Source of the DNA: Octopus bimaculoides
Taxonomy: Eukaryota
Reading direction: 5' to 3'
DNA: 64,000 bases
NCBI RefSeq assembly: GCF_001194135.2
Contig: NC_068988.1
Coordinates: forward strand, 11,443,848 to 11,507,847
The position numbers and the translations under genes were made by a program. Shown in pieces: positions 26,783 through 38,242 of this stretch; the stretch's first letter is position 1, and every line of letters begins with the position of its first letter. A model generated the notes under the pieces. The model worked only from the letters and a program-made list of their open reading frames with translations. It ran no database searches and had not been told where the DNA came from.

Positions 26783-26973
26783 CGACAACATCGAAAAATA
26801 CCTTAGGAATGAGAACCCAGGTTCGAAATTTCCCCAAGACACCTGATGAAGGCTAGAGGGTATATCAACCGAAACGTTGTGTTAACAACAAACAAGATGA
26901 GGACAAATATCCGTCAAATGTAAGTATTGTAAATAATGTACATAATTCCTCATCTCTTAAATATAGAACTGTA
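26580..26973 (+). mobile_element. tRNA-head + (AAT)n + hammerhead-motif short element, with inverted duplicated head
   Basis: Forward copy from 26663: gtggttaagagcgcgggctactaaccccaagattccgagttcgattccaggc (A/B boxes), (AAT)n, body, tail aataatgtacataattcctcatctcttaaatatagaactgta. An inverted copy of the head lies at 26580-26662, and a second family member at 57557-57870. Confidence 0.85.
26838..26883 (+). ncRNA. Minimal type I hammerhead ribozyme motif (Penelope-type)
   Basis: GACAC-CUGAUGA-A-GG(cuagaggguauaucaa)CC-GAAA-CGU-U-GUGUU. Core at 26843-26849, GAAA at 26871-26874, palindromic ACGU stem III, stem I GACAC/GUGUU. Stem II is partly mismatched in this copy. Confidence 0.7.
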
Positions 26974-29224
26974 TTAAAAGAAAACTAATGGATTTTGATT
27001 GTTCACGTGACACATATCCTGCCTAGCATACCTCGTTCGATACCATCAAGTTTAATGTCCAAGTAACTTCCTGAGTGAGCAAAATTTTCAGAACAGAAAT
27101 TGTAAGTTTTATAAATTTTGACAAAACAAATTCGGACTTTCTACATTGAATAATTTCTGAGATAGAGGAGTGGACATTTTAGCAATAAATCAATGAAGTA
27201 TTGAGTTAAAACGGAAACATTTGCACCTATGCTACTTCGTTTTTGTAGTTTTTTTTTTTGTTTTAAACTGGATATATCAGAGGGAGTGTTGACGGGTTGG
27301 GGTTTCGGTGGTAGGAGTGGGACTGGGATATTGGAATTTAAGGTGGTGGAGGTGACGGTGTGGTAGCGATGGTCGTTGTGATGGCGATGGTGACGGTGGA
27401 GGTGGTGGTGATGATGGTTGTGGTGATGGTGGTTGTGATTGTGGAGTTGGTGGAGAAGTGTGGCAGTGGTGGTAGTGGTGTCGGTGGTGATGGCGCCGGT
27501 GATGGCGAGGGAGGTGGTGATGGTGTGATGGTTGTTTCAGTATTTGTCAAAGTGGTTGTAGAGATGAGAGATCGTGGTGTGGATGGGCGGCGGTGGCGGC
27601 GGCGGCNNNNNNNNNNNNNNNNNNNNNNNNNNNNNNNNNNNNNNNNNNNNNNNNNNNNNNNNNNNNNNNNNNNNNNNNNNNNNNNNNNNNNNNNNNNNNN
27701 NNNNNNNNNNNNNNNNNNNNNNNNNNNNNNNNNNNNNNNNNNNNNNNNNNNNNNNNNNNNNNNNNNNNNNNNNNNNNNNNNNNNNNNNNNNNNNNNNNNN
27801 NNNNNNNNNNNNNNNNNNNNNNNNNNNNNNNNNNNNNNNNNNNNNNNNNNNNNNNNNNNNNNNNNNNNNNNNNNNNNNNNNNNNNNNNNNNNNNNNNNNN
27901 NNNNNNNNNNNNNNNNNNNNNNNNNNNNNNNNNNNNNNNNNNNNNNNNNNNNNNNNNNNNNNNNNNNNNNNNNNNNNNNNNNNNNNNNNNNNNNNNNNNN
28001 NNNNNNNNNNNNNNNNNNNNNNNNNNNNNNNNNNNNNNNNNNNNNNNNNNNNNNNNNNNNNNNNNNNNNNNNNNNNNNNNNNNNNNNNNNNNNNNNNNNN
28101 NNNNNNNNNNNNNNNNNNNNNNNNNNNNNNNNNNNNNNNNNNNNNNNNNNNNNNNNNNNNNNNNNNNNNNNNNNNNNNNNNNNNNNNNNNNNNNNNNNNN
28201 NNNNNNNNNNNNNNNNNNNNNNNNNNNNNNNNNNNNNNNNNNNNNNNNNNNNNNNNNNNNNNNNNNNNNNNNNNNNNNNNNNNNNNNNNNNNNNNNNNNN
28301 NNNNNNNNNNNNNNNNNNNNNNNNNNNNNNNNNNNNNNNNNNNNNNNNNNNNNNNNNNNNNNNNNNNNNNNNNNNNNNNNNNNNNNNNNNNNNNNNNNNN
28401 NNNNNNNNNNNNNNNNNNNNNNNNNNNNNNNNNNNNNNNNNNNNNNNNNNNNNNNNNNNNNNNNNNNNNNNNNNNNNNNNNNNNNNNNNNNNNNNNNNNN
28501 NNNNNNNNNNNNNNNNNNNNNNNNNNNNNNNNNNNNNNNNNNNNNNNNNNNNNNNNNNNNNNNNNNNNNNNNNNNNNNNNNNNNCGACTAAAGGCGGTGC
28601 TCCAGCATGGCCGCAGTCAAATGACTGAAACACACACACACAGGCTATCAGCATTACCATGTCTGTAGAATTTATTCCGGTAGAGCAATGTTTCGCCCCT
28701 CACCTCCGGAATTTCAGCCAAACCAAGGAATACTAGCCATTAAAGACTCTTCCAATTCCAGTAACCTGTAAAAAGAAAAAATACTTGGAATATTAATTTC
28801 TTGTATCAGTTTTCCATCTTAAATAAAATAAAAAATAATTAAATAAACATATCGAAAGAAACAGTGGACAACATCTAAAATCCATCGTATACAAATATAC
28901 TGAACGCATTTCGTTTTAGGTTTACAGAGTTTGGCTGAAAAAAAACAATTTTAACGACGGCAGCAACAAGACCAGAAGCAAAAACGAAAGTAAAAGAAAG
29001 ACAGCGTCAACGAGAACAACAAAAGCAATATTAGCGCAATATAATATCAATATAATACACACATAATAGCCTCTGTAGTCAAAAAACAAAACCCACATGA
29101 CAAAAGCCAGTCTTTCCCTACAAACGAGTACGGCTTGGTATCCTTTACCATGCTTTCGCTAAGTCTTTTAGGTGCTTGTGTAGTCACGAGCTGGCAGAGA
29201 CGGATAGAAAAAGTTGTTGCTCAT

Positions 29225-30100
29225 TTGGATTTGATTTGAACAACGTGAAATGAAGTGCTTTGCTCAAGAACAATACGCGCCGCCTACTATAGGAATTGAA
29301 AGCACTATATTATGATCTTAAGCCGAACACTCTAACTACTGGATCACGCGCCTTCCCACAGCCACTTCTTTTTCGCACACATTTATGGCTTTGAAAAAGA
29401 TGAAATGAAGTACCTTGTACAAGAACACATTGCTCCATACGATCTAAGAATTGATTGGAACCTAACAACCTAACCGGTAAGTCACGCACCTTCGCATAGC
29501 CACATGTGTTTACGTATGTAATAGACCAGTAAATCGTTTTCTCGGTCGTTGAGCGTTGAACAAGGTTAAATTAAGTACCCTGTTTGAGGGCACATTGCGG
29601 CGCGCGATCTAGGAATTGACAGCACGACACTGTGATCGGAACATAACAACCTAACATTCAGGGAAAAACAGAAGGGATTTTCATAAACACGTGTAAATAA
29701 GAAAAAAAAAACTAAATTCCCTCATCGGAGGGAGCACCCCCGCCCCAGAAGTAACCAAGGAATCCAACAGATCTTAGATCACCCTGAATGTCAAAGACAC
29801 CACTTGGAGACCGCCCCCTTCATCTATCAATTCTCTCCATCCGACAAGCATCACCCCTTCCATATTCGCCCACTTTTCATCAAATTTACTGTAATTGCAT
29901 TTTCCTTGGGTCATTGAGCGTTGAACAATGCGAGGTGAAGTACCCTGTTTGAGGGCACACTGCGCCATTCGATATAGGAATTGATCGCATGGCACTGATC
30001 GCAACATAACAACCTAACCAGTAAGCCAGGCGCATTCGCACAGTCACATGTTTTCACACACATAAAAGACCAGTAAGCCTCTTTCTTTGGTTGTTGAGAT
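29225..30100 (-). repeat. Tandem array of four SINE family C heads (~170-bp unit)
   Basis: Units near 29225, 29395, 29551 and 29917 share gaacaa..gaagtacc..gggcaca..taggaattga..aacaacctaacc..cgcaccttc, the reverse complement of a tRNA-like head. Confidence 0.7.
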
Positions 30101-30375
30101 TTACGAGAGAATCCTGATATCACTTGTTGTCTACTGTCAACTTAAGTAGATCAATTAATTCACCATTGCTGCTTCTACTCCAACATAAGTTGCTTTAAAT
30201 AAATTCGATTAAATTAAAACAAGAATGAGTTCTTTATTTTTTTTTTTAATCACATTTTATTAGCTTCATGGATGTGAATTTCTGAGAAAATGGAGCACCG
30301 CCTCTAAGTGTTCAGAGTGCAAGCATAGCCGTGTGCTTAAGAAGCTCGTTAGTTTAGAATTTAGACCCCACTGTA

Positions 30376-30640
30376 AAAGCTTAGTGGTTAGAGTATTTGA
30401 CTCACAATCGTAAAGTCATGAGTTCGATTCCCGGCAACGCGGTGCGTCCTTGAGCAAGGCACTTTATTTCACGCTGCTACAATCCACTCAGCTGGCAAAG
30501 AGTCAGCTTTGTTACATTCAGTGTAATCTCGCTGAGAGCTACGTTGAGGGGTACCCGTGTCTGTGAAGGTCTCAAATACGCGAACAGGCGATTGGTCGAT
30601 CGACTCATGAGAAACGCTCATCGTCGTAACCTGATTGCAC
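30376..30640 (+). mobile_element. SINE family C
   Basis: gcttagtggttagagt (A box), gagttcgattccc (B box), then gtccttgagcaaggcactttatttcacg..ccactcagctggcaaa. Confidence 0.8.
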
Positions 30641-30644
30641 CCAT

Positions 30645-31440
30645 TTAGCAAGATCCTACACCATGGAAGGTTACATAGTCAGTGTGCATACTGGACATGG
30701 ACGACAAACCAGACACTATTTCTAGGAAAAAAGAAATGAGTGGATTAATAGCAAATGCACCACGACCACTACCACCGCAGTAATGTGTCCTTCGTGTGAG
30801 CTAAGAAATAGATTACTGAATAACATCTACCACATACAATACTCAGAATACAAACAACTCGATCGAATTGAATTCCCCAGAGGAGTCAAATAAAAGTATG
30901 GAAGCATCATAAAAAATGGATCATGATCATACACTGGAACAGTTAGTAAAGAAACTAAGACAGTGGGTCACGTGGTGTGAAAATAAGAAATAAATTGTAA
31001 AATGTAAACCCCCTTTTTCTGACAATAATTTAAAATTGTACTCAACCAAACTGTAAATAAACTGTAAAACTAGCAATGTAATGTGCTATGTGAGATACAT
31101 TGAGATACATGTTACAGCAGAATAAAGGCATATGCGCAAACTATATAGAAGAAATTACTCGTAGTGTAGATAAAATGACCGATTTTTATTTTCACTTGTG
31201 TGAATACGCTTTAGAGGATATCTACAAACTTCCAACATACCACTCAGAAATGAAATAGGTCAATAAACAATGTTGCAATAAAAAGTCTTTCCTCTCATTT
31301 CAAAGATCCCACACTATGATAGGTTACATAATCATTACCCATACTGGATATGGACAATAAATCACACACTCCTTCTAAAGAAAAATTAATGGATTAACAA
31401 CACACACCACTACCACCACAATAATGCAAAGACAAAGATA
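30645..31440 (+). mobile_element. Penelope-like GIY-YIG remnant in partial-tandem arrangement
   Basis: NCKTSNVMCYVRYIE (31060-31104) resembles C.SSNVIY..YIGE. The KE..WI...T..P..N.KD-like ORF terminus occurs twice (~30650-30790 and ~31300-31433). Confidence 0.6.
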
Positions 31441-31808
31441 AATTCGATTATCATAAACTAAATACAACTGTACACAGAATAAACCACAAAAGTGCACACA
31501 GAGAAACTACAAAAATACATACACATACAACACGTCCTTACGTTGGCACAACAAAGATAAACGAAAATATAAATACCATCTGAAACAACGAAAATAAAAA
31601 CGATGTGACAGCGCACACATATAAAATGTTGGCAAAACAACAAACACAAGGATAGAAAATCATTTGTTGTATGAGAAATCATTGAAAACAAAATGACGCA
31701 GTTGTGAGACGAAATATTTATGTGAAACTGTTAAATAATTTAACTTACTAACATATAAATATTTATGGAAAAGTTAAATAACATCTACAGTAGCAAAAAT
31801 GTCCTAAG

Positions 31809-31970
31809 TTAAAACCAAGGCTGGTGAAAGTGCTCATTTGACCAATAGGCAATTTTGATTGTGAAGAATGGATTCCGAACAAATTCGAAGAGAATTTAAT
31901 GAATATGTTTGAAACGTGCGTGTACAGGAAAATGATACGAATCTCTTACAAGGATTGTCCAACGGAATAA
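31809..31970 (+). mobile_element. RTE (BovB-like) fragment, 5' piece
   Basis: LKPRLVKVLI*PIGNFDCEEW..EENLMNMFETCVYRKMIRISYKD matches the RTE pattern RL...LV.P...YGCE.W..AFE.WC.RR.LRISW.D. Confidence 0.75.
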
Positions 31971-31982
31971 TATAGGTTAAAA

Positions 31983-32305
31983 CCGTGATTCCCAACGTCG
32001 GAGATGGTAATATTGTGGTGGTGCATGGTAATAATTTGGTGGGGCATGGTAGTACTTTGGTGAGGTATGCGTAGGGTTATGTTGAATTTATAAATTTTGT
32101 ACGGAATGTTTCGTATACCAATAGAAAAAGGGGGCAATTCTAGAATGAATAATTTAAAAGAAATTCTTTACATCCCTTATGAGGACAGTTTTATCAAATT
32201 TGGGAAACTTTAGAGACAACAGGTCGTTTTTATTAAAATCAATAAGACCTGATGTCACTAAAGAGGAGATAGATTATTTCCTTCGATTTAGTGGTATGTG
32301 AAAAT

Positions 32306-32342
<37 letters not shown>

Positions 32343-32614
32343 TGTGCGCATGCGTGAATGCATGCATGTAATATATAACTGATCAGTACTGAAAGCAACA
32401 CAATCTTAATTCCCTATGGAGAAATAAACTGGAATAGACTTATGTGTGCGGGTGTGTGGCGACCAAAATATTTCGGTACACAAGAAAACTGTGGTGCTGC
32501 AGTGTGTTGATAGGGCAATAAATGGCGATGGGGGTGTGGGATGAAAGAATTGAATTGTGTGAAATGGGTTGAAATGGAGTGGAGGAAGAGAAAGAGGAAG
32601 AAAGAGAGAGAGAG

Positions 32615-32701
<87 letters not shown>

Positions 32702-32704
32702 TAG

Positions 32705-32735
<31 letters not shown>

Positions 32736-33117
32736 CAGACAGACAGACAGATTTATGGTACTGGTAACGCACACACACATACACACACACATACACATAC
32801 ACACACACATGTATATATATGAAATTTATTTAAAATTTCATTAAAAAAACCATTTTCCTAAAAGTTGTGAGGTAAACACTCGGATCTTGGGAATTTCCTG
32901 AAGTCCTCCCCTATCTCGTTGGTTTCGTTTCCTATATTCGTTTCGTACACATTGCTTTTGAATCCGTTACACTATTTTTTTTTATATATTTTGTTTCCGG
33001 GAAATATTGTAAACATTAACCAAATTTTGAATAACATTGATTAAATATTACAAGGAGGCATCAGAATTTTAGAAATGATTCGATGGGGCATGGCCAAAAA
33101 TTTGTTGGGAACCACTG
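31983..33117. mobile_element. hAT(Charlie)-like non-autonomous element inserted in the RTE
   Basis: Ends ccgtgattcccaac and gttgggaaccactg resemble CAGTGGTTCCCAAC TIRs; 8-bp flanks ggttaaaa and ggataaat match at 6/8; the RTE reading frame resumes after it. Confidence 0.6.
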
Positions 33118-33125
33118 GGATAAAT

Positions 33126-33410
33126 GAATGTGAAAGATGAAAACTCTTCAGCTTAAAGAAAAACCAAAAGCTCATCTACTTTGGCCATATTCGAAGAAGC
33201 AAAGTTCTGGAAAACATTATCATAGAAGGAAGAATAAATCGAAGAGGAACACGAGGCAGGCAAAGAGCGCAATGGCTGAACAACGTCACGAGCTGGTTGG
33301 ACAACATTGACAAGGCAGCTGGAGAATTTTCACTTGATTGGAAAGACTTTTGTTGTAGTGTCATCAATGCGCTGCAGGCGTATGATTATTGGAAGAATGA
33401 CCTTCGTAAA
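33126..33410 (+). mobile_element. RTE (BovB-like) fragment, 3' piece
   Basis: KKNQKLIYFGHIRRSKVLENIIIEGRINRRGTRGRQRAQWLNNV matches KL.YFGH..R...LEK.I..G.I.G.R.RGRQR..WLD. Confidence 0.85.
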
Positions 33411-33902
33411 GAACGTCGAGATATATGTATATGTGAGTGTGAGGGTGTTTGTATGTGTATACATGTGTATATACACATACACACGCATATTGAGAAGCAG
33501 AGAGAAAACGGGTGAAAGACAGAGGAGAAACAGAGAATAGAGAGAGAAACGAGCAAACAGAGAGGCGGAGGCTTCGCTTTGCATCTACGTCTGATCGGGT
33601 CCAGAAACAATGTAACAGCTCTATTGTTGGAAAAGGTTCTCCTCTCTAACCTCGGTTTGATTAATTCCATCAAAGAAATTTTGTTGATGGAAACTCCAAT
33701 GAAGCTGATCGTTTATACACATGTACACACGATGAACACACACCAACAGACTGCATCCTCCATCTCTCCCCTCTCTCTCCCTCTGTCTCTCTCTCTCTCC
33801 TACTCTCTCATTCTCTCATTATCTCTCTCTCTCTCTCTATCTCTCTCTCTCACTCTCTCTCTCTCTCTCTATCACACACACACACACATATATATATATA
33901 TA

Positions 33903-34114
33903 ATCTTTCAAATGGTTCAGTCGTTTGACTGTAGCCATGCTGGGGCACCGCCTATAAGGTTTTTTTCTAGTCTGATGTATAGACCCCACAACTTATTTTT
34001 TAAAGTTTGGTACTTATTTTATCGGAGCCCTTTGGTAAACCGCTATAGTACTTGTACATAAATACACCTACAGCAGTTGTGAAGCGGTGGGGAGACAAAC
34101 ACAGACACAAATAC

Positions 34115-34164
<50 letters not shown>

Positions 34165-34318
34165 GAGAGGCTTCTTTCAGTTTCCTTCTACCAAAACCAC
34201 TCACAAGTCTTTTGGTCGCCCCGCGGCTATTGCGAAGGCACTTGCCCAGGGTGTCACGCAGCGGAACAGAGCCCGGAACCATGTGGTTGGGACGCAAGCT
34301 TCTTACCACACAGCCAAA
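33903..34318 (-). mobile_element. SINE family A, near full length
   Basis: 3' module, internal (TA)n and head cggaaccatgtggttgggacgcaagcttcttaccacacagcca. Confidence 0.88.
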
Positions 34319-34877
34319 GAAAATCCTTTCTGTTATAAAAGCTCTTTCACGTTTAACTGCTTTTTCTTTGGATATTATACATAGTCTCTTCAATTTTATA
34401 CAATTTCCACAAATATATACCCTCACTTTTTCTCCTAATCTTAGACCTGGTCCCTTTTTCGTGTATATTTCATTGTTTTCTCAACATCTAGGTTGTTTCC
34501 TCCCTTGTTTCACATATTTTTCTTCTCATCACCCACCCTCCTTCCTTTCCCTATTTTTTTCCAAACACACTTTACGCACCCCTACGCATACTCCAACTAT
34601 TTCCCAAACCAAAAGTAACCATCCACACCATACACAAGGCTATATACCCATCTCCCTACATAGCTATACAAGGACACACTGCTTCCGCTTCCTCCTTCCC
34701 ACCACAATTCCCCCCACACACGCACACATACACAGACCACCATACCTACATGGCGACTGAACTGTTTTCCTTTCTCACTTCTACTGATTTTTCTCTTGCA
34801 TTTCATGATTTTGCTGAAGGACTCGCCTCCAAAACGTTAAAGACCATTTCCTTTTCCTTTCAAAGGTTAGATATAAT

Positions 34878-34928
<51 letters not shown>

Positions 34929-35769
34929 GCATATATATATACATATCTATATATATACATATATATATATATACATATATATATATACATATATATATAT
35001 ATACATATATNNNNNNNNNNNNNNNNNNNNNNNNNNNNNNNNNNNNNNNNNNNNNNNNNNNNNNNNNNNNNNNNNNNNNNNNNNNNNNNNNNNNNNNNNN
35101 NNNNNNNNNNNNNNNNNNNNNNNNNNNNNNNNNNNNNNNNNNNNNNNNNNNNNNNNNNNNNNNNNNNNNNNNNNNNNNNNNNNNNNNNNNNNNNNNNNNN
35201 NNNNNNNNNNNNNNNNNNNNNNNNNNNNNNNNNNNNNNNNNNNNNNNNNNNNNNNNNNNNNNNNNNNNNNNNNNNNNNNNNNNNNNNNNNNNNNNNNNNN
35301 NNNNNNNNNNNNNNNNNNNNNNNNNNNNNNNNNNNNNNNNNNNNNNNNNNNNNNNNNNNNNNNNNNNNNNNNNNNNNNNNNNNNNNNNNNNNNNNNNNNN
35401 NNNNNNNNNNNNNNNNNNNNNNNNNNNNNNNNNNNNNNNNNNNNNNNNNNNNNNNNNNNNNNNNNNNNNNNNNNNNNNNNNNNNNNNNNNNNNNNNNNNN
35501 NNNNNNNNNNNNNNNNNNNNNNNNNNNNNNNNNNNNNNNNNNNNNNNNNNNNNNNNNNNNNNNNNNNNNNNNNNNNNNNNNNNNNNNNNNNNNNNNNNNN
35601 NNNNNNNNNNNNNNNNNNNNNNNNNNNNNNNNNNNNNNNNNNNNNNNNNNNNNNNNNNNNNNNNNNNNNNNNNNNNNNNNNNNNNNNNNNNNNNNNNNNN
35701 NNNNNNNNNNNNNNNNNNNNNNNNNNNNNNNNNNNNNNNNNNNNNNNNNNNNNNNNNNNNNNNNNNNNN

Positions 35770-35813
<44 letters not shown>

Positions 35814-36463
35814 ATGTGCAAACATACGTATTTGCATAGTTATAAACATATATATTAGATGTTGAAACATAACTTGATATAGGTTATTGCAGACAGCCAG
35901 ACAAAGTAATACACATTCATGTTGCAAACAGATTTCTATGACACAATCATATACACACGTCTACATACATACATCCATACATACATATATACATACATAC
36001 ATACTTACATGTATGAATGTATGTTTGTATATATATACCTATATGAGTAGGTCTTTATTTGTGTGTAAATATTATTTTTTCCGTCTGTATATGTAGCTTT
36101 GAGTGGTTTGATTTGTGTGCGTATGTTTGCGAGCAGCCATCACCTACTCTCTCACGCCAAACATACCTCTCAGACAGGAGATGGTCTCTACAACATCATT
36201 GTTGCATTAATGAAAAAATATATTTCATTTCCTTAAACGCTTTTAAGTAAATAGCTCAAATAACGAAAAACAACTACAAAAGAAAAAAATGGAATTGGAT
36301 AAACAAATTTGCAGAGTTTAAACACTACGTGTATGTTTGAATGTATGTATGTATGAATGTTTATATATATGTACTAACACATACATATATGCGTGTGTGT
36401 GTATATATATATTTATATATATATATATTCATATATATATAGATCCTTACATANNNNNNNNNN

Positions 36464-36494
<31 letters not shown>

Positions 36495-36934
36495 ATTCAT
36501 ATATATATAGATCCTTACATAAATACATATAATCAGGCACATATTTTGTGTGTGTGTGTGTGTGTGTGTCTGTGTTTGTGTGTCTGTTTGCCTACCTACA
36601 TGTATATACACATACACACATATATATATGTTCGCTGAGCTGTTTAGATAAAAGTTATATTATAAAACATGCACAGCTATTTCACTGTTAAAGACACCCG
36701 ATAAAAAGAATGATTAGAGAGACTCGCTCATATACCAATCGATCGTAATAAATTTCAAGAGGTAGAAACGATTACATCTCGAACAATACGCAGAATGTCA
36801 AAAGGTAGAGGATGTCTTTACAAATAGAGGCACTCATACATAGCAATGTGGTAAAGAAGTTTCGTTCACAAAGTGTTGCTACCAGTTTCCATCCGGCTCC
36901 ACCGAGAGCTCCGGCAAGTTTCTTGTAGATTTAT

Positions 36935-37285
36935 GTCTTGTAAGTGGGTGTCTTGCCTCCCAACAACATGGCTTCGGGTTCAGTCCTACTGCGTGGCACC
37001 TTGGGCAGCTGTCTTCTACCATAGCCGTCCAGAGCCTTGTGAGTGGATTTGGTTGATGGAAACCGTAAGAAGCCCGTCGTGTGTGTATATGTTTGTGTTT
37101 GTGTGTGTGTGATTGTGTCTCTGTCCCCTACCACCGCTTGCACATTAGTGTAATAATAACAACTTTGCTTTTCATCCTTTCGGGATCGATAAATTAAGCA
37201 CCAGTTACATACTAGAGTCAATCTAGTCGACTGGCTCCGATCTCCCCAAAGATTTCGGGCCTTCTGCGTAGAGTAGAATAAGAAT
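36935..37285 (+). mobile_element. SINE A 5' half (36935-37140) followed by SINE B 3' half (37160-37285)
   Basis: gggttcagtcctactgcgtggcaccttgggc..; then ctttgcttttcatcctttcgggatcgataaattaagcaccag. Confidence 0.75.
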
Positions 37286-37419
37286 AACAACTAATCTAAT
37301 GAGTAAGGCAAATATTTCCACTCTACTACTGTATCGAGTATATTCTTCGCATTTTTGTAATTAAAAAACTGAAACAATCACCAATAGGCACACACAGAGT
37401 TGGGGGGGGGGGGGAGAGA

Positions 37420-37740
37420 TTCTCCATCTTCACAGATGATTGCCGTCTCTTTCTGCTTCTTTGTTGTAAATGGAATTTCTGAATATCCGGCCATGACCTC
37501 TTAGATGACTATTTAGTTCTGCTGCAGAGTCACATGGTTTGGAGCATAGATGAAAAACGAAAGTTCTATATACCACTGGATTGATGTGATAAGCAATGTT
37601 TAATGCACGTTCCGTTCTCTGGTGCCTTTCCATGAATTTGTGTGAGCAGTGCTCTCCCTAAAAAGAACTGCTCATTCAAAAGAATCTCCACTGAATTAGG
37701 TTCCTGTCACAAAAAGTCACAACAACGATTTTGGGTAAGT
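37420..37740 (-). mobile_element. Second 3' remnant of the zinc-finger RTE family
   Basis: FHLCSKPCDSAAELNSHLRGHGR aligns with CHLCFKPCPSAAGLKSHLR at 6031; terminus gacggcaatcatctgtgaagatggag resembles 6130-6165. Confidence 0.8.
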
Positions 37741-37944
37741 TTTCAGTAGCCCATATGCAGATTTCTAAAGTGTAGGCTTTCAACTGCTTAGATTACTACA
37801 AGTCATCAGGGAACTTCCATTGCATTGGACTTTTAGTACACGGAATGACAAATGGAGTTTTAGTCTCACAAATGAACCCCTAGAATATTTTGTTTTAAGC
37901 CTCGTACTTATTCTATCAATCGTTTTTGCTGAACCATGGCATTT

Positions 37945-38242
37945 CACCGAGAATATTCTTCTCCGAGGCACAAATCTGGGTAAGGTTACTTATGGAAGAC
38001 TAGCAGTCACCCATGCATACCAGGCTCCTATCTCTACGACACTGATGTTATCCAACGGAAAAGGAAAGACCGATACAGCTTGGCACCAATGACGTCGCAA
38101 CTCATTTCAGCAGATGAATGAATTGGTGCAACGTGAAATAGTGTCTTGTTCAAGAATACAACACGAAACCCGGTCAGGAAATCGAACTCACTATTTCATG
38201 ATTGTGAGCCCAATGCCCTAACCACTGAGGCATGCACCTTCA
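37945..38242 (-). mobile_element. SINE family C
   Basis: gcaacgtgaaatagtgtcttgttcaaga..gaaatcgaactcac..gccctaaccactgaggcatgcaccttc is the reverse complement of the family C head. Confidence 0.8.
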
